64,000 nt of DNA from Azolla caroliniana (Eukaryota; Plantae; Polypodiophyta), in NCBI GenBank assembly GCA_043228905.1, contig JBHGNT010000010.1, forward strand, positions 682,001 to 746,000, given 5' to 3'. Shown here piece after piece: positions 13,434 to 26,403 of the stretch. The position numbers were made by a program, and so were the translations under genes. How positions within the stretch are numbered: position 1 is the stretch's first letter; the number at the start of each line of letters is the position of its first letter. Below the pieces are notes generated by a model. The model made no database searches. It was not told the origin of the DNA and worked only from the letters and a program-made list of their open reading frames with translations.

Positions 13434-13849
13434 GGAATCACTTGGCAGAAGTAATTTCTAAATTGCTAATGACATCCCTCACGACAATACTGAAGCTTTA
13501 TGTATCAACTTTTGGATTTTGGGTTCATTCAAAGTATGCTAATCAGAACTTAAAGTTTCTGGCATCAATTTGAAAATCAAGGCATTGATTCATAGCAAGA
13601 GTTAGACGACCAGAAAAGAATGCATATATATGTTTATAGGTATATTTCTTATAATGTATGGATGATGTTCAGGAAAACATATGTAAGAGCATATTTTGTT
13701 GTAATATTGCTATGAGTGTTAATACTTGTATACGTTGCTTGTTTGGGGAAAACACAGATGTTGCATGTGTGGTGGGTGCTCTTAACCGGGCCAACTCTAG
13801 TGAATGAGACCCAAGGTGCAGGGATGAGAGAGACAAATGATATTTAAAG

Positions 13850-14700
13850 TATGATGGGAGAGAATGACTTTGTTTTTTTAAATATAATCTGCCTTCTCTT
13901 CAGAATCAATATGGTAACAATAATTTCCCAACTTGACTCTTCAGCCATTATTCCAAGATTAGAATATATCAAATCAATCCTATGCTGTCCTTTGTCAATT
14001 TTTGTATGGAGGTCCCAACACGTGAACCTTTTTTTAATGTAGTGAAACTTGCATTCATTTTGTTTTTGATTTTTTTTGCTTGCATATGCATTTTTTGGCT
14101 GTCTACCATTATATATATCCTAGCTAAAATCTTTCTAAAAGTTCTCTATCCTTCTCAATCTCTAAGATGCTTTATACGTACAGTCAACTGTATGATAACA
14201 TTGTTTGGCCATTATTGAATTCCAAGAGAAAACATCCTAGCTTCCAATGATGGATATTTGTAGTCACACAAATATTCTTTAAGTGATAATAATGTCTCTC
14301 TAGCTTGCATCCACTCTTTTATCCACCCAAAGTTCATTGTTTACTTCATACTTATTTCTTTTTTTGAGTGTACAAGTTCAATGATTCTTGACTGTACAAT
14401 ATATGAATGTGGACATTGTTAATTTTCAATAGAAGAGATTTGCAAATCTTGAATATAGAGATCTCAACATTTATGACTATAGTTAGTTTCCTTTATTCAA
14501 GAACCTCATATTTATTTGCCTACTACTTTTGGTTGGGCTATGAAATCTGATTAGGCAATATTATCATTGATAATTCTAATAAGACTTTTTCATGCACCCC
14601 AAGAGGATTGGAAGTATTCTATTCTAGGTATAATTCCCAATCCTCAAGTTATATCTGGTCACTTGGCAACCAATCAGGATATTAGCATGTTGCACCATAA
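13850..14700 (-). mobile_element. Possible degraded L1-like endonuclease remnant between the convergent PTH2 and R3H genes
   Basis: Minus strand near 13940-14010 reads KIDKGQHRIDLIYSNLG, like the APE endonuclease (S)RIDxI motif; otherwise heavily decayed. Confidence 0.3.
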
Positions 14701-15832
14701 ATGACCATACCCATGATGGAGTTTAGCAAATAACTGCAACAACAAAACATAGGATGTTCATGTAGATATGCCATGAGATGCTCATGTAAAACTTCATTCA
14801 AACACATAAAATGGACAAATCTTTATTGAGGGTGAGCATATAAAAACAAAAGGAGAATGAAAATAGACACTTGTAGATTCATACATCCCAACTTTCGCTT
14901 GAACAGAGTTTACAAATTGTCTAGAGGCATGCCCATAGGCTAAGACTGCTTTACTTAAGATAAACTTGACATAATGAATATTATGACACATTTCACAACC
15001 ATGACAATCTTACCTCACATGTGTTACAGAATACAGATTTCCTAATGTACCTCAAGTGCACTCCAATAATCAGTCAATAATATACGCCATCTTTTGGATG
15101 GCCTTGAACTTGTATTTATTACTTTTGCATCTCACAATATTGGTTGATGTCCTTGAAGCAAGTAACATAAATATTTTAAGAATATCCATCCATATATTTT
15201 ATTTTCTTCACCCTGACCGTGATCTTTAGCAACATTAGCAGGCTCACGTAGGGCTGGGGCTGCTTGTTTCACTTTTTGTGCATCAAGTTACTCAAGTTCA
15301 GGATAGAATGAACATTCCTTCGTAGCCTCATACTAATTAAAGATTTCTTTCACAAGTTTGAAAATTACAACTTTATAGAGGAGAAACCACCTAGATTCCA
15401 AATATATAAGGACCAATTATGTAAATAATGCTACAGTCTATCTCAATTACAGTTTTAGACTACGTAAGTCTATACCAGCAATATAACCTACCTAGATTAG
15501 AAGTTATAATCTTATAAATGTCCAGTAAGTGAAAGACATCCATTCTTGAGAATTCATTTCACTATAGCAATAGTTTTTCATCACTCTTTGCACATCAACA
15601 TCATTCTATGTAGTTTTGACCACGAGCTTACGCTGCTTAAAAATCAAATTTCTTGGAAAACTAAGAGGAGGCCTTTGTTAGAACTGAGATCTACTTACAA
15701 TATTTTTTGTTGAGACTATACTTACAAAGAATCCTGAATGTACAACAATATCGACTACCTTTTCAGAGCTTCTCCACTGGTGCAAATGATACTGAGTATA
15801 CAAATGATGCCCGCATCTTTGCGAGAGATTAC

Positions 15833-18800
15833 TCACACATTTCTATTCCTATCTGCTCCAATTGGAAAAGTTTGAAATCCAAGAGCTTGTGCTAGCATTC
15901 TCTGTGCGGATTTGCCCTGTTCAATTTGAGCTGCTTTTGCTAGTGGATGGAAACACTGATCATTAAGTGATATCCTATTCATGCCACGTGATGTGTTTGC
16001 ACAGCCCTCTTGCTCTGGTTTAACACAACCATCATCGATAGGAAATGAAGAAATAGAACTTGGTGGCATCATAGTTTTTGTTATTTGTAGAGAGCTAGTA
16101 GCTTCTGAAGGACTTCCACTGTGATAAAAATATCTTTCTGTCGGCTTTCTCTCTTTCTGGCTATTCCTTGAACTTGGCATTTGGCCGTCTGAGACTGCAG
16201 GCGATCTTGGACTAAGAACTTCTCTTTCATCTAAAATCTTCCCACTCTGCTGCATGCATGATCTCCCTGTGATGTTCTTCCTTATAGACCTACTAGTGCA
16301 AGGGCGAGAAGAGGATAATTGCTGACCTTCGGTGAACCCCTCAGATGGTCTTATACTAGAAGCTTCTTTCACATCTGAAGAGATTGATCTTTCTGGCAGA
16401 CATGTCCCTTTTGTATTTCTCATCCCTGTATATCTGCTACAAAATGATTTTGGAAGCCCAAACCCCAAAGCATGTGCAAACATTCTTTTGGCTGCTTTTG
16501 CATGCAGGTTTTCTGGAACTTTGGGATATTCGTCCTCAATTCCTGATTCAGCTGTTGCGAGAGACATGTGTGCCAATATGGGTTCTACAAGATTTCCCTC
16601 ATTCTGGGGACTGTGGCATGCTGATTCAATCTCATGTCCTGGTGCAGATTCTAAACTTGGAGTATTCTTGGGATTCTGCTCTGTTAAAACAGGCTTTCCT
16701 AAAGCATGTGCAATCATCCTACGTGCAACAACAGGCACAGATCTGGGTCTCGACATAACTGATTTGCTTAATGGCTCTGCCATATCTTCTGAAAATATAC
16801 GTTCTCTAGCTGCTAAATAAGCAGCCTGTCTTTCTTCATAGGATAAGGAAGGAGCTTGAAGCTGTATGCAATTGGGAGAGTCTGAAAAAAACAGTGCATA
16901 CCTCAGATAAAAGTTTTGAGACCATGAAATTTGAAATAATCTGTTTAAAAAAGTACATAAAAAAACCCACACATGTAAACCGGCAGAGATAAAATCAACA
17001 ATTGCAATCCTGCCTGACCCTTTGCAGGATTATGAGATTTGTTATGCATAATATACAACTGAAATTGGAAGAATTACGAGAATTGCTAGCCATTCATATA
17101 AAATGATATTTGGATCAATCCAAGTAGTCTGAGTCTAATTGTCACAATCTTACTATAATCCATATCCCACCTGTATTGGAGTATGGTGCTCAATTTTACA
17201 GGAGCCAATGACCATAATCACATGGGGTGAAAAATGACACTTTCAAATGGAGGGGAATGACAAAGATACTGCATGAGGATATGAAAAACAAGAATTTGCT
17301 GGCAGTCATCTAAAGTTAGAAAAAAGGTGTGCTTACTTTCCCCCTGAACATGTTTAGTTTGCGGTGCAGCAGCGAAAAGGCTGCATGAAGAACCTTCTAA
17401 ACTGGCATAAAATACTCAAACTTTCAGCAGAAACATCAATTTCCTGAACAATTGCTCATTTGGTGGAGTCTAAGCTGGATGACTCTAGGATTCTACCTTA
17501 GTTCACGGTTGAAATTCCAGCTGCTCCAAAATCTTCTATTCCAGACGAAGATGTCTCACCTTCAAGCCCCCCATCTACTCCCACTCCTACCTAACAACTC
17601 CACCACCGACTCAAACCTCTCCCTCAACTCCAACTGTTTCCCTCCCTCTACACACCAGCTTCTACCACTTCCGAAGTGGCTTCAAGCCACCATTCGTGAT
17701 TCCCATCTCTCCAACGCTGAACTTCATGAGTATACAAATGGTTCTCCTACCAACATGTGAAGAACACACAGGTCACAACGGCCTCTTCACTCATGCAACT
17801 TTGCCTTATTGTGCACTGTTGTGCAATCACAAGAACCCACTACAACAAAAGCTCTTGTTCTCCCGAAGTGGAAAACGGCAATGGAAATTGAACTTAATTC
17901 CATTAAGCAGAATCACACATGTGAGCTGGTCCCTCAGTCTCAACATAGGCAAGTCATTGGATTGAAATGGATTTTCAAGTCCAAGTACCATGTTAATGGT
18001 ACATTGGATAGCGTAAGGCACACTTAGTTGCAAAAGGCTACTCACAAGTGGAAAGAGTGGACTATGAAGAAAACTTTGATCCAACAGCAAGGTACACCTC
18101 TATTCAATGTGCTCTTGCACTTGCTGCTCACAACAAATGGCCTATCTTTCAAATGGATGTCAAGTCAGCGTTCCTTATGTAAGCAAGTAGAAGATAGAAT
18201 GAGAATTTTCAGAAATATCTAAAGGCAGAGATATAGAAACTAAAAACAAGTATGAGTTTAATACATAGGAGGGATTAAAGAAGTAGAAGCAGTTCTACAA
18301 AACAAAAGCCTACTGCTTAAATAAATATAGGAGGTAGGAGTGCACACACACACACACACACACACATATATGCTATCCAAGATACATAGAATATGCTCTT
18401 AGATGAAGAGCTTTGAATGCTGATGGGACAGCTAAGTCATGGCCTCAAATATACCTACATAATGCTAAGTGGAATCTTGTCCAAGGATCCCATTCAAACT
18501 ACAAAATATTCTTTTAGAAGTTGCGCAGCTCTAAAAACGAGACAGTACAACTTTAACGAAATTTAGAAAATCTTAAATAATATAAACTCGTTTTTCTAGT
18601 TTGGTTAGAGAAGCCTAAAGGGCCTTTATTCCAACACCTTAATGGTGACTCAAAAGTGGGAGTTTATGCAGAACATCCTCTAGGTTTCAAGATTTCAAAG
18701 CAGAAAAACATGGTCTACATATTACAGAAAGCTTGGTATGGCTTAAAGCAAGCTCCCAAAGCTTGGCATGACAAAATTGATGCATTCTTTCTCTCTCTTG

Positions 18801-21800
18801 GGTTTTAGCACTGTTATCCTGACAGCAATATCTATGTCTTTTCCCAAGATGATTTGTTATGCTTGATCATATTATATGTTGAGGACCTTTTAATTACAGG
18901 GTCCTTTGCTTCTAATATTGAGCAGCTCCACACAAACCTCCAAACCATGTTTGAAATGACTCATTTAGAACTTCTCCATTACTTTGTAGGTATGGAGGTC
19001 TATCAATCACATGGTGATATCTTCCTCGATCAACATAGGTATCTCAAGCAACTCCTTACGACCTATGGCATGTCGAGTTGCAAGCCACTCTCATGTCCCA
19101 TGGATCCAAACTCAAAGCTATCTTATGAGGATGACTCTCCCATATTTGAAGATATCACAAAATATAGAAGGTTAATTGGGTCTCTTCTTCATTTAACTTA
19201 CACTAGGCCTGAGTTGTCCTATAGTGTGAGTATTATAAGCCAATTCTCAAGTGCTCCAAGACAAAGTCATTGGCAAGCAATTGTTCGAGTTCTTGGGTAT
19301 TTTGCCAACAAACTCGAATATGGTCTCTCTTTTAGAGGCGGCATTGAGCATGTTGGCTACTCAGACATTGATTGGGAAGGTGATATTGATTCTAGAAGGT
19401 CCACATCTAGCTATTGTTTTGTGTTAGGTTCAGGCTTAATTTCTCAGAAATCAAAGAAGCAAAATTAGTTTCTACTTTATCGACTGAAGCTGAATATCGA
19501 GCCTATTTGGATACTTGTTGCAAGTTACTTTGGTTAATGCAACTGCTTTGTCACATTGGTGTTTTGCAAGACTCTCCTGTTCAAGTTTTCGCTAACAACC
19601 AAAGTACCCGTGCATTGGCACATAGCTCAGCATTTCATGGTAGAACAGAACGTATTGAAGTGCACTACCATTTTGTTCGTGAATTAGTGAAATCACAAGT
19701 CATCAACTTGGCCTACTGACCTACTCAAGAAAATGTGGCTGATTTGTTTACTAGGCCACTTCCAAAGCAAGCCATTTATCAAATCCTCAGTCGACTCAAT
19801 GTTGGACCACAGTTCTAGAGTTGAGGGGAGGTGTTGGAGGGTGGCAGCTCCAGACCTACACTCTCTTCCATCTTTATTATCTCTCCTCTACATTTTAGTC
19901 TTTAAATGCCTTTTCTCTTTTCCACTTTTCCAAGATATTCCCTCTTATTCCTTATCTATTGTACGTGTTTGGTAGTACCAAATAACCATTTCACCCACAT
20001 TCCCCAATTTTGTATAAATCGGCTATACGAGCCTCTTTTGTAACAGCTTTATTTTTGCTGCTACTTTCAAACAGGCTCTGCTCTTTGGCTGTGTCTCTAC
20101 TCTTTGCAACTATTTTGCTATTGTTGTCTAACAGCTATCTAACAACTTGGTTGTGTCTATTTTTTCTAACAATTGTTCTGCTGCTGCTATTAACAGCTTT
20201 TCTCACATCATCAACACCTTGGTTCAGTGTGTTATTCATCTAGGATTTCGATGGCATAATAGTTACACCTTGGCATTGAATTATTAGCATTCAGTTGTCA
20301 ATTAGACACATACCTAGCAGTAGATAATCTATATTTCATGCTTATTCTATGGTCTAGCTTCAAATAAACTATTTCAAGATGCCAGTATACACAACTTGGG
20401 TATGTCGAATACATGCTATGATTTAACACAGCCTCCCTTATCACTGCTGCAATTCAGTGCTGGCGACATTGTATGCAGCTCTACAATTTCTTCTATCTCT
20501 CTACATTGGGTACCAATAGAAACACTGTTATGAACACCAAAACAGATACTTTCAACTTAACTTATGTTCAATCAAACATAATTTATAGCCAGCTGTACTT
20601 TCCTCCAATCCCTTTCAGCTGTGTAGCATTTCATCACTAGATTAACTTTGAATTCAGTGGTTGATTTTGGTTTTTTTTCTAGTTACAGAATATTCATCCT
20701 TTAAAATTCACATTATTTAACAGATTCATAATGACGGGAGATCTTTGAGAGAACGGAAATGTTAGAATAAATATTGATCATGAAGTAGGCTAGTCCAGGA
20801 TGGTCTTCCGAATTCAATCATAGATGCTTGTTTTGCGATGTTCATTTAGAATTCAAAAACAATCATCTAATCACATTGCAAATCTCATGTTTTCCAGCCT
20901 TGTGGATGACTTATAGAAATAGTTCTTGTCCCTTGAGTGTCTTCAATATGTCTAGGAACAATGCCTATGAGCCACACTCACCTCTACAAGTTGAAATATA
21001 AAGATATGCACATCAAGAGGGGATGCTAATATACATTTCTCGGATCCAAAACTGGATTTATCTGACACATTCTCTTCTACCTAGAAGATATTTCTTTTTC
21101 ACATAAATTTTTCTTTGGTAACCATATCCTTACCTTTAAAGGGAAATTTTATATTGGAAGCTTCTAGAATTTAGATATCTCAACATACCTGATAGGGTAG
21201 CACGCTTTAATAGCTGTGGTGTGCCATGGAGGGTGCCATCCTCCCTGCAATCCAAGACGTCGCTTACGAGCAAATCAGGACTGAGAAAGAGCAAAAGCAT
21301 GTGAAAGGTGTCAAAGCTTCATCTCTTCTACAGAAATGCTGACCAATGACCTACTTACATTCGTGAATCTTCACATCTTTCCAAAACTAGACGTCTACCA
21401 CTGCCTTCCCCAATGGACTCGTGCCCAAGCCTGCTAAGAATAAGATCTTAGAAAGAAGGAGACCATTATTTTTCTTAGAATTCTGTTCTTGTTTTCTGAA
21501 GATCAAGAATTTCATGCCTGAAGATGTCTGCAAGCCGATGAAGCAACATCCTGTGATATGCCACCATAGGTTCCAGCACCAATACGTCTTCACTGCTGCA
21601 CAAAGGAGTGTTTACTTGATTCGTCCAAAGTATTATAGAAACTAAAATGAGAACTATTAACTGAAATCTTGATTTCTTTCCATTTCTGAACAAAAGAAGG
21701 TTTGTTGGAGATCACCTGAGTCTCTGCTGATCTGGATCTAGAAAGCTAACAAAAGCTTCTTCTGCAGCCAAGATGAGATGCTTACAGGAGAGGTTATCTC

Positions 21801-21925
21801 TCACAAGCCAAGCCAGTTCTTCAGCCTGTTTAAGAGTAAAACGCAGAAATTAAAAAGATTAATATTGACAAGCAGAAGAAAAAGAGGAAAGAAAGAAAGA
21901 AAGAGTGGGAGAATTCTCAAACCAT
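15833..21925 (-). CDS. R3H/SUZ-domain RNA-binding protein; coding exons 21925-21923 (ATG only), 21825-21716, 21595-21518, 21430-21359, 21280-21189, 16881-15833
   Basis: Spliced: [30 protein letters not shown]...[42 protein letters not shown] (R3H, RxxxH)...[10 protein letters not shown]...[20 protein letters not shown] (SUZ)...[11 protein letters not shown]. Phases are consistent; intron 3 requires a GC donor. Confidence 0.9.
18178..18636. mobile_element. Solo LTR (459 bp) nested in the Copia RT gene
   Basis: Begins TGT and ends ACA; flanked by 5-bp TSD CCTTA (18173-18177 and 18637-18641). Removing it restores the RT motif DVKSAFL|NGD. Confidence 0.88.
19832..20216 (+). repeat. 3' LTR of the Copia element (385 bp)
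   Basis: Starts TGTTG right after the polypurine tract and ends CAACA (terminal inverted repeat); TATAAA at about 20013. Confidence 0.8.
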
Positions 21926-22071
21926 GGCTGTGGAAGCCGAGAGGAGGGGATTCAGCTTTTACAAACTACACAGTCATTATCTTCCATAAGAAGGGGCAAT
22001 TCCGTAGAGGAAGAGGAAGAGGAGGGGAGCTGTGCAAGTATTCATACGGTACATACATACATACATACAGA

Positions 22072-22079
<8 letters not shown>

Positions 22080-22130
<51 letters not shown>
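22080..22130. repeat. (CT/GA)n microsatellite, about 25 units, upstream of the R3H start (possible BBR/BPC GAGA element)
   Basis: Direct reading; the regulatory role is inference. Confidence 0.9.
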
Positions 22131-22132
<2 letters not shown>

Positions 22133-22938
22133 GCATAAACACACCCACAAACACACAAATTCATTGAGCTACACCCAACGTGGATGGACGGATAACCCCC
22201 ACCCCCGGTCCATCCCGATTGTCCGTGCATGATGGACGCCATTTTTTGAGATGGAAAATCATAGCACGTCTATTTGCCTCCTCTTTGCCAAACTAAAGAA
22301 ATGTGGGTTCAATCGGACCTCCACAAGTGAAGATGTGTGCTTGGGAAGAACTCTTAAAACTCCATATATGTTTTGGCACCATTGCTAGGAATACTCCATT
22401 GACACTCAAAGCTTTAGATAGAAGATTTGTGTACATTTCCATGGCATGCGTTGTGCTACCAAAAGCCTGATAACTCGAGAGAACGTTAAAAACATCTCAA
22501 TAACATTTTGGTTTAGGATATTTGAGCATAATTAATTATCTTCTTTCCGTAACATTTCATATTATTACTTTTAATCACGTTGAATATCACTTAACTTTTC
22601 CATTATAACCTTTACTTTGTTTTCTTATCTCACATTGAATAGTTGGCAGGTCATCAACTTAACTACAACATAAACTACGTAGTAAGGGATTGAGGACAAA
22701 GTTTATTATTTAGATACTCTACCAACTTGTACCTTATAATGAGTGTTTTATTGCCCAAGGGTGAATTGTCCCTAGCAAATAAGGTTTAGTTGTCTCGACT
22801 CTCTAGTATATAAGGTCAAAGAACTATTAAGTACCCATTGTTAATTTCAATGTCATGAACGATGGTTCAATTTCAAAGATGCAAGTGTAGCATGCAGACG
22901 TAAGAGAAAGAGGGCAAACAAGAATTGATAGAACCCTA

Positions 22939-23121
22939 CCATGTAGCCATAGAGAATTAAAAGAAGATTAAAAAAATGTACAATGTTATCTTTGGTGAAA
23001 TTTCAAGAGAAAGAGGGCAAACAAGATTTGATAGAACCCTAGTGTGAAAAGGGTTGAAATTTCACCAAAGATAACATTGTACATTTTTTTAATCTTCTTT
23101 TAATTCTCTATGGCTACATGG
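22939..23121. repeat. Perfect 68-bp inverted repeat (arms 22939-23006 and 23054-23121, 47-nt loop); left arm flanked by a 37-bp direct repeat
   Basis: ccatgtagccatagag...ggtgaaatttcaa is the exact reverse complement of ttgaaatttcacc...tggctacatgg; aagagaaagagggcaaacaaga(a/t)ttgatagaacccta occurs at 22902-22938 and 23005-23041. Confidence 0.95.
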
Positions 23122-23129
23122 ATGGTATT

Positions 23130-24720
23130 GTTGCATATGAACTCTATGAGGGGAAGGGGTTTGGGCTAGTTGTCTTGTCGTTAATTGGTGAAGCTTCATA
23201 GGTATTGGTCCAACGTTTGGTTTAGTCTTTCTATTTGTTCGTCTATTTTGCATTTTTTCCCAAGAGCATGAAGAATGCATTTGGTAACTTGGATATAAAG
23301 GTAGAGCATCGATTGTTGATAATGTCATCAGGGATCCCATGGAGCTTGATAATGTTTGCCACAAATAACCGTTTTATTTCTTAGGCATCGAAGTCAAGGG
23401 GGAGGCCCACTTGCTTTTATTGCAGAAAGTCAGGGCACTTCCAGAAGAATTGCCGACACTTCTAGAAAAGCAAAAGGGGGAACCAACGGTCCAGAACCGA
23501 ATAATTGGGAACGAGCATAGACATCACAAAAATGCTATGAATTTCTTATCAAACATCCAAGGTTGTAGCCACCAATAGTTGCGCGATGTTAATTCCAGTG
23601 TTTTGTTGACTCCACAATGGTGAAAAGCAATGCATTGTCACAATCTTCCAAAACTTTGAGGCAAGGCTCTCACTCCAACACACACACGAGGTTTTGTAGA
23701 TATTTCAGAACTCTACTTTTGAATTCAAAGATCTTAAGGTTTTATTGTTCTTGACTCTTAACAAGTTTATTTGGGAGCTTGTAGTTTCGTCAAAATTTCT
23801 TGGGCAAAAGTGTTAAGAGTCAAATACCTCCTTAATGGACTCTTGACAAACAATGGAGTCTTAAAGTGTTCATTTGAAGGGCAAAGGTTGCTAATAAACA
23901 AGAATGTTCGAGACACAACAATGTTATTCGAATTGTTGATTGTAAGCATCATCCCCTTTTTTAGGTTCAAATGTAGAATGACAAGAGTGTCTTATATATA
24001 AACCATAGTCATTATAGTGTGAATGCCATATGGAGTCTTGACCTATAACCTCCATTACCATATACATGTCAAACCCTTCATTCACAAATGCCTTGTGATA
24101 GCTAATATTGGTTGTATATGTGATATTATGAGATCTCACCACCATGTACATGCTAATCCATGATTACCAAACGACACGTTTTCAGGAAAATTAAGTAGCG
24201 ATCATGTATGGACACTAGGTGGCAAGCATGCATGGGTCCAACCATGCATGATATATATATACAATTCCTTTCGGGTCAATGCTAATCTTCGACAAATTCA
24301 TGTAATTTTGTTGTTCTTGTTGATATAATATTACATTCTCCTCTTATTTTCTCTCTTGTTCTCCTATTCTCTTTTATCATTCTCTCTTGTTCTCTTATTC
24401 TCTTTTATCATTCTCTCTTGTTCTTAGCTATGACTGTAATAGAGACAAGGAGACCCTTTTCTCTTCCTTAAAGAGTTCCTAAGCAATAGGCGATGTTGAA
24501 ACTGAAGTTCACGAAAAAAATAGACCAACAAGCATGGCATCGACTCACATTGCAAGTGGTTAGAAAGCATTGAAGGTTCTTATGAACATGACAATAATCA
24601 CTCGGTGTTGAGCACATGTAAGTTAGTGGGGCCATTTGGACAATGCGTTGATAATAGCAAGAAGCTCTTTATTGTACACCTTGTGGTTGATTTATTGGGT
24701 TATAAACTTGTGAGAGTGAT
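23130..24720 (-). mobile_element. Degenerate Ty3/Gypsy pol remnants (RNase H and integrase), discontinuous
   Basis: Minus strand: VYNKELLAIINALSKWPH (RNase H, ~24630-24680); HHCGVNKTLELTSRNYWW (integrase Zn finger, ~23570-23625); LFVANIIKLHGIPDDII and IDEQIERLNQTLDQYL (integrase core, ~23200-23370). Confidence 0.75.
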
Positions 24721-25580
24721 CATGTACGCTTTTAACAATGTTATTAGCCAATAGTGATATTGTGGGTTTGCATATTCCTTATGGTGAACAACTAGTGATA
24801 CAAGCCTTGCCTAGTGATTCTTATATGTTTCTATAGGCCTCAAAAGAAAATCTTGAAAGGAGTATGTAAGCTTGGGATCAATTTGCCTAGGCTTCAGGGT
24901 TATATACAAATCAGAGTAAGTCTCACCTTATTCCTTGTACTAATAGTAATGTTTTGGATGACAAGGGTCAATGTTTACACAAGGATTGATTTATCAACAT
25001 TTGGGGTATCCGTGATGTTGCGAATGTTCGACTTATTGACTACATTGGTAGTAAATTGAAGGACAAATTTATGTATTGGAATGAAGACTTGTCGATTGTG
25101 GCCATTCCAAGTAAAACTCAAAGTGTTGCAATGTATCATGATACATGTGCTCTAATATTTTTTAACATTACTCCCTTGGCCTCCCTTGTACTAAGAAGAC
25201 ATTGCAAACATTGTTGCAACCTCTTCTTGTTCATGTTGTGCCGAAATGGAGAAAACGTCAAAGCTACATGGATTTCATGAGATCATTTGACTATGTTGAG
25301 AATCAAACTCAACATAGTGCAACGTGTGAACACACCTTTTGAGAATCTATGATTACTCAAAGGTCACGAGTCACACCACTACTCTCTACACATTAACTAT
25401 GTGTCATAGAATCATATTATATGACACATAACTAATGAGTTACATATTCCCCATGAATATGAGTCTTCACATTCCCCAAGAGAGAGTAGTTGTTGTAGTG
25501 AGTTAACGAAGAGAGAGGGTGACCTTATATAAAGCACCCTTCTCCTACTTCATATTAAGTCGGTTGTGACACACTGTAAT

Positions 25581-26403
25581 CATATATTGACATATTCATA
25601 TTCGTGGGGCTTGCCCCATGAATCCATACGAATAAGAATACGAATGCATGTAAATGTATTCATTTTCTTTTCTTTTTTTTTAAATAAAAAATAAAAAATT
25701 GTTTTTTTCCTATGAGCGAGTGAGGAACCCTATTCCCTCCCTATGCGTGCTGCCATCGCTTCCCTCTGCACATTGTTCGCAGCCAAAAAATTAGGGTTTT
25801 GGCTGAAAACCCTAATCTCTCTAATAGTCCTAATTTCGACAATATTTCTTTCTTTTGAGCCCGCATCCGTGACTCCCTCTCATGCTCTATTCTAATCCTA
25901 CATCTTGTTCTCAGCTCCAAACTCAGGCTTTCACTAAAACCCTAAGTTTAGCTAAGTTTAGTAGAAGACCTAATTAATTAACTAATATTTTTCAATTAAT
26001 TATTTAATTATTTAATGAATTAAGATATGTATACAATATTAGTAAATTAATTAATGTATTAGTTAGTCAATTAATGTTTAAGTGAATTAATTAATTATAA
26101 TATAAGTGAGTCAATTAATGTTTAAGTGAATTAATTAACTATGATATTAGTGAATCAATTAATGTTTAAGTGAATTAATTGATTATGATATTAGTGAGTT
26201 AATTAATTATTGATGTATGTGTGTATATGTTATATCATATATGTATGTGTATATATATACATATATCATATACATATGTATGTGTGTACATGTATATGTA
26301 AACGAATGGTTTTATAATATTCTTGGGGCCGTTTTATATTCTCGAATATCACGAATATCACGAATGTCGAATGCAACGAATATTACGCATGGGTCAATCT
26401 ATG
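25581..26403. mobile_element. Non-autonomous hAT-type DNA transposon (823 bp)
   Basis: 11-bp TIRs CATATATTGAC / GTCAATCTATG (1 mismatch); 8-bp TSD ACTGTAAT / ATTGTAAT (1 mismatch); subterminal ACGAAT/ATTCGT motifs at both ends; internal ~44-bp AT-rich tandem repeats at ~26040-26210. Confidence 0.7.

Larger units (their letters stand above)
17700..20216 (+). mobile_element. 5'-truncated Ty1/Copia LTR retrotransposon (RT, RNase H, PPT, 3' LTR), antisense in the last intron of the R3H gene
   Basis: [57 protein letters not shown] (decayed YVDD), [45 protein letters not shown]; PPT agttgaggggagg immediately before TG at 19832. 5' boundary approximate. Confidence 0.93.

Noticed and set aside
16332-16820. 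Plus-strand 162-aa and 124-aa ORFs
   Set aside because: Antisense shadows of the R3H last exon.
21778-22232. Several ORFs with SLSLSL/RERERE runs
   Set aside because: Artefacts of the (CT)n microsatellite.
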